From: a virus
Lineage: Duplodnaviria > Caudoviricetes
DNA length: 25,898 nucleotides
IMG/VR virus record: IMGVR_UViG_3300033475_000132
Location: 1 to 25,898 of that record
Direction: 5' to 3' (one strand)
A program made the translations under genes and the position numbers. Below the pieces are notes generated by a model, which saw nothing but the letters and a program-made list of their open reading frames with translations, was not told the origin of the DNA and made no database searches. This document shows, in pieces, positions 24,476 to 25,898 of this stretch; position 1 is the stretch's first letter, and each line of letters opens with the position of its first letter.

Positions 24476-24695
24476 CGTATATGTCTGGTGAAAACGAGCC
24501 GTTCCAATGGAATCAAGCCTAGTTATTAGATAAGCAATATACATTCATATCTCAAAAATTAGGTCGGGGCCTGCTAGCGTATTCTGTGGTAATGGAAAAC
24601 ATAGGAAGCATTACTCTCGGTCAGCTAGTCTATTAAATAGGGTGGGAGAACCCGATACGCCACCTTAGTGTAGAATTACTACACAGCTCCATATA

Positions 24696-24803
24696 TTATA
24701 ATCCATCTATCCAATCCGCCACCAATAGCACAACACCCAAGATAAAAATAAAACCTCCCAGGATGGAATAGCAGAACAGCACGTCATTGGTGAATTTTTT
24801 CAT
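24696..24803 (-). CDS. 35-aa single-TM peptide ending the leftward operon (not in the ORF track)
   Basis: ATGA overlap with the exonuclease stop; MKKFTNDVLFCYSILGGFIFILGVVLLVADWIDGL. Confidence 0.6.
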   Translation of the reverse strand: MKKFTNDVLFCYSILGGFIFILGVVLLVADWIDGL

Positions 24804-25423
24804 TGTTGTTTCCCTGATTTCAGATTATTCAATTTCAGCACCATTTCATCAACTTCCCACAAAAACGTACTCACTTCGTTTTCCAGCATTTCAAGATAAC
24901 TTGGGATAGGCGTGAATCGCACCAAAAACAGCCTCAATTCCTCATTCATGCGCGGGTCGTAGCTGACAAAATCACACCACTTTCGCTGTGTGCAAATAAG
25001 TTGCCACGCCATTTGCGGGATGTACTTATCCGGCACTTTGTCAGCTAATAGATAATCAATGTGGGTGGCTGTAATCGGGCATTTGATTTCGATCAGCCCA
25101 TCATCATCAATCAACCCATCCGGAGATGCGCCACTAAGCTTGATGCCAGGATGCGGAACAAAGCCAATTTCTCTCACCATATTGCCTGTTTCCGCTTCAT
25201 AAGCAGCACGCGCCAATGGTTCAGTATCCGTTCCCCATTGCATTGCGCCATTGGTATAAGATTCAGCGACGATTCCCGTAAGCCGTTCAGCCACTAATTG
25301 TGCACGGTAATTTGCCCGTGAAGTCGAGTAGCCGCTTTTCGTAGTAGCGATGATATCCGAGATGCGACTAGCCGTGACTAATCCGCAGCGCGCCTGTTTC
25401 CATTCATCAGAACCTTGAATCAT
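24800..25423 (-). CDS. YqaJ / lambda-exonuclease family recombination exonuclease
   Basis: Motifs QGSDEWxxARxGxxTAS, MQWGxxxEPxAR, GASPDGL, EIKCP, QMxWQ, WCDFVSYDPR. Confidence 0.95.
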   Translation of the reverse strand: MIQGSDEWKQARCGLVTASRISDIIATTKSGYSTSRANYRAQLVAERLTGIVAESYTNGAMQWGTDTEPLARAAYEAETGNMVREIGFVPHPGIKLSGASPDGLIDDDGLIEIKCPITATHIDYLLADKVPDKYIPQMAWQLICTQRKWCDFVSYDPRMNEELRLFLVRFTPIPSYLEMLENEVSTFLWEVDEMVLKLNNLKSGKQQ

Positions 25424-25898
25424 GATACGGCTGCCTTGATCTTGTTCGCTGAATCCACGTCATTGACTTTCACACATTCGGCAATGGCATCCTTGTAGGC
25501 TTGCTTCTTCGCTTCGCCATCTGCCACTTTGATTTTTGTAATGAGTAATTCCACTCGATCATCGGATAATCCACGTTCAGGAGCGCGGCTTTCTTCATCC
25601 TCTCCTGTTTCAATTTCAAACAGCTTAAGCACAGCGTACTTTTTGGCATAGCTCAAAGCCTTACCGGGGGCTTTGTCGGCATTGTCCATCGCGTGCGCTT
25701 CAATGCGAATCACGATAACTTCTTCTGGCTTATCGATATTGGCGAAGGTAAAGTCATAAGTTGCCTCGTAACGCGCCTGTTTCGCCAAGTTACCGTCTTT
25801 ATCCACAGTCGGCATATTCATGGTGCTAGCGACAAGTGAAGGCCAGCAGACAATCCCATTTTTGACTAGGTGGTCGCGCACCATTGCGGTAACAATAT
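25420..25898 (-). CDS. ERF-family single-strand annealing protein (5'-truncated by the window edge)
   Basis: DKAPGKALSYAKKYAVLKLFEIETGED motif; frame open to the window end; ATGA-coupled to the exonuclease gene. Confidence 0.88.
   Translation of the reverse strand, partial: IVTAMVRDHLVKNGIVCWPSLVASTMNMPTVDKDGNLAKQARYEATYDFTFANIDKPEEVIVIRIEAHAMDNADKAPGKALSYAKKYAVLKLFEIETGEDEESRAPERGLSDDRVELLITKIKVADGEAKKQAYKDAIAECVKVNDVDSANKIKAAVS

Larger units (their letters stand above)
1..25898. mobile_element. Segment of a tailed phage/prophage genome (P22-like podophage organisation, Gram-negative host)
   Basis: Contiguous terS-terL-portal-scaffold-capsid-adaptor-nozzle-ejection-fibre-lysis gene order. 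No tape measure or sheath gene and no host housekeeping genes. Confidence 0.96.

Noticed and set aside
24575-24665. Possible hammerhead ribozyme on the - strand (CTGACCGA...GAAT)
   Set aside because: Core does not match CUGANGA/GAAA, and stem I cannot form adjacent to the core.
24633-24692. 19-aa - strand ORF MELCSNSTLRWRIGFSHPI
   Set aside because: Weak SD, no features, and it overlaps the predicted RNA structure.
1-25898. tRNA, rRNA, CRISPR array, IS element, intron/intein or diversity-generating retroelement
   Set aside because: No cloverleaf, regular repeat-spacer pattern, transposase or reverse transcriptase seen by eye; TerL, portal and capsid are of ordinary uninterrupted length.

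Overview
A 25.9-kb segment of a tailed dsDNA phage or prophage (Caudoviricetes) with a short-tailed, P22-like podophage organisation. The host is Gram-negative, since a two-component spanin is present. The + strand carries the end of an early/middle operon (tandem wHTH protein, small Cys-rich proteins, Q-like antiterminator), then a pR'-like late promoter and terminator, then a complete late operon: TerS, TerL, portal, scaffold, major capsid, adaptor, nozzle, needle-like protein, ejection proteins, tail fibre plus chaperone, and a lysis cassette (holin-like proteins, GH24 endolysin, Rz/Rz1). The - strand at the right end carries a converging recombination module (ERF-family annealase, YqaJ/lambda-type exonuclease). 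The most striking element is a five-gene glycosyltransferase/methyltransferase cassette (TPR+GT9-like, GT8-like, FkbM, class I MTase-like, second GT-A) inserted between the capsid gene and the head-tail adaptor, a candidate virion glycosylation and glycan methylation system. Other notable signals, none in the ORF track: an antisense 25-aa membrane-peptide gene with its own sigma70 promoter just after the last ejection gene; a pseudoknotted leader and a covarying GNRA hairpin shared by the scaffold and capsid genes; and several small ORFs. All product calls come from motif recognition and gene order only; no database search was run.
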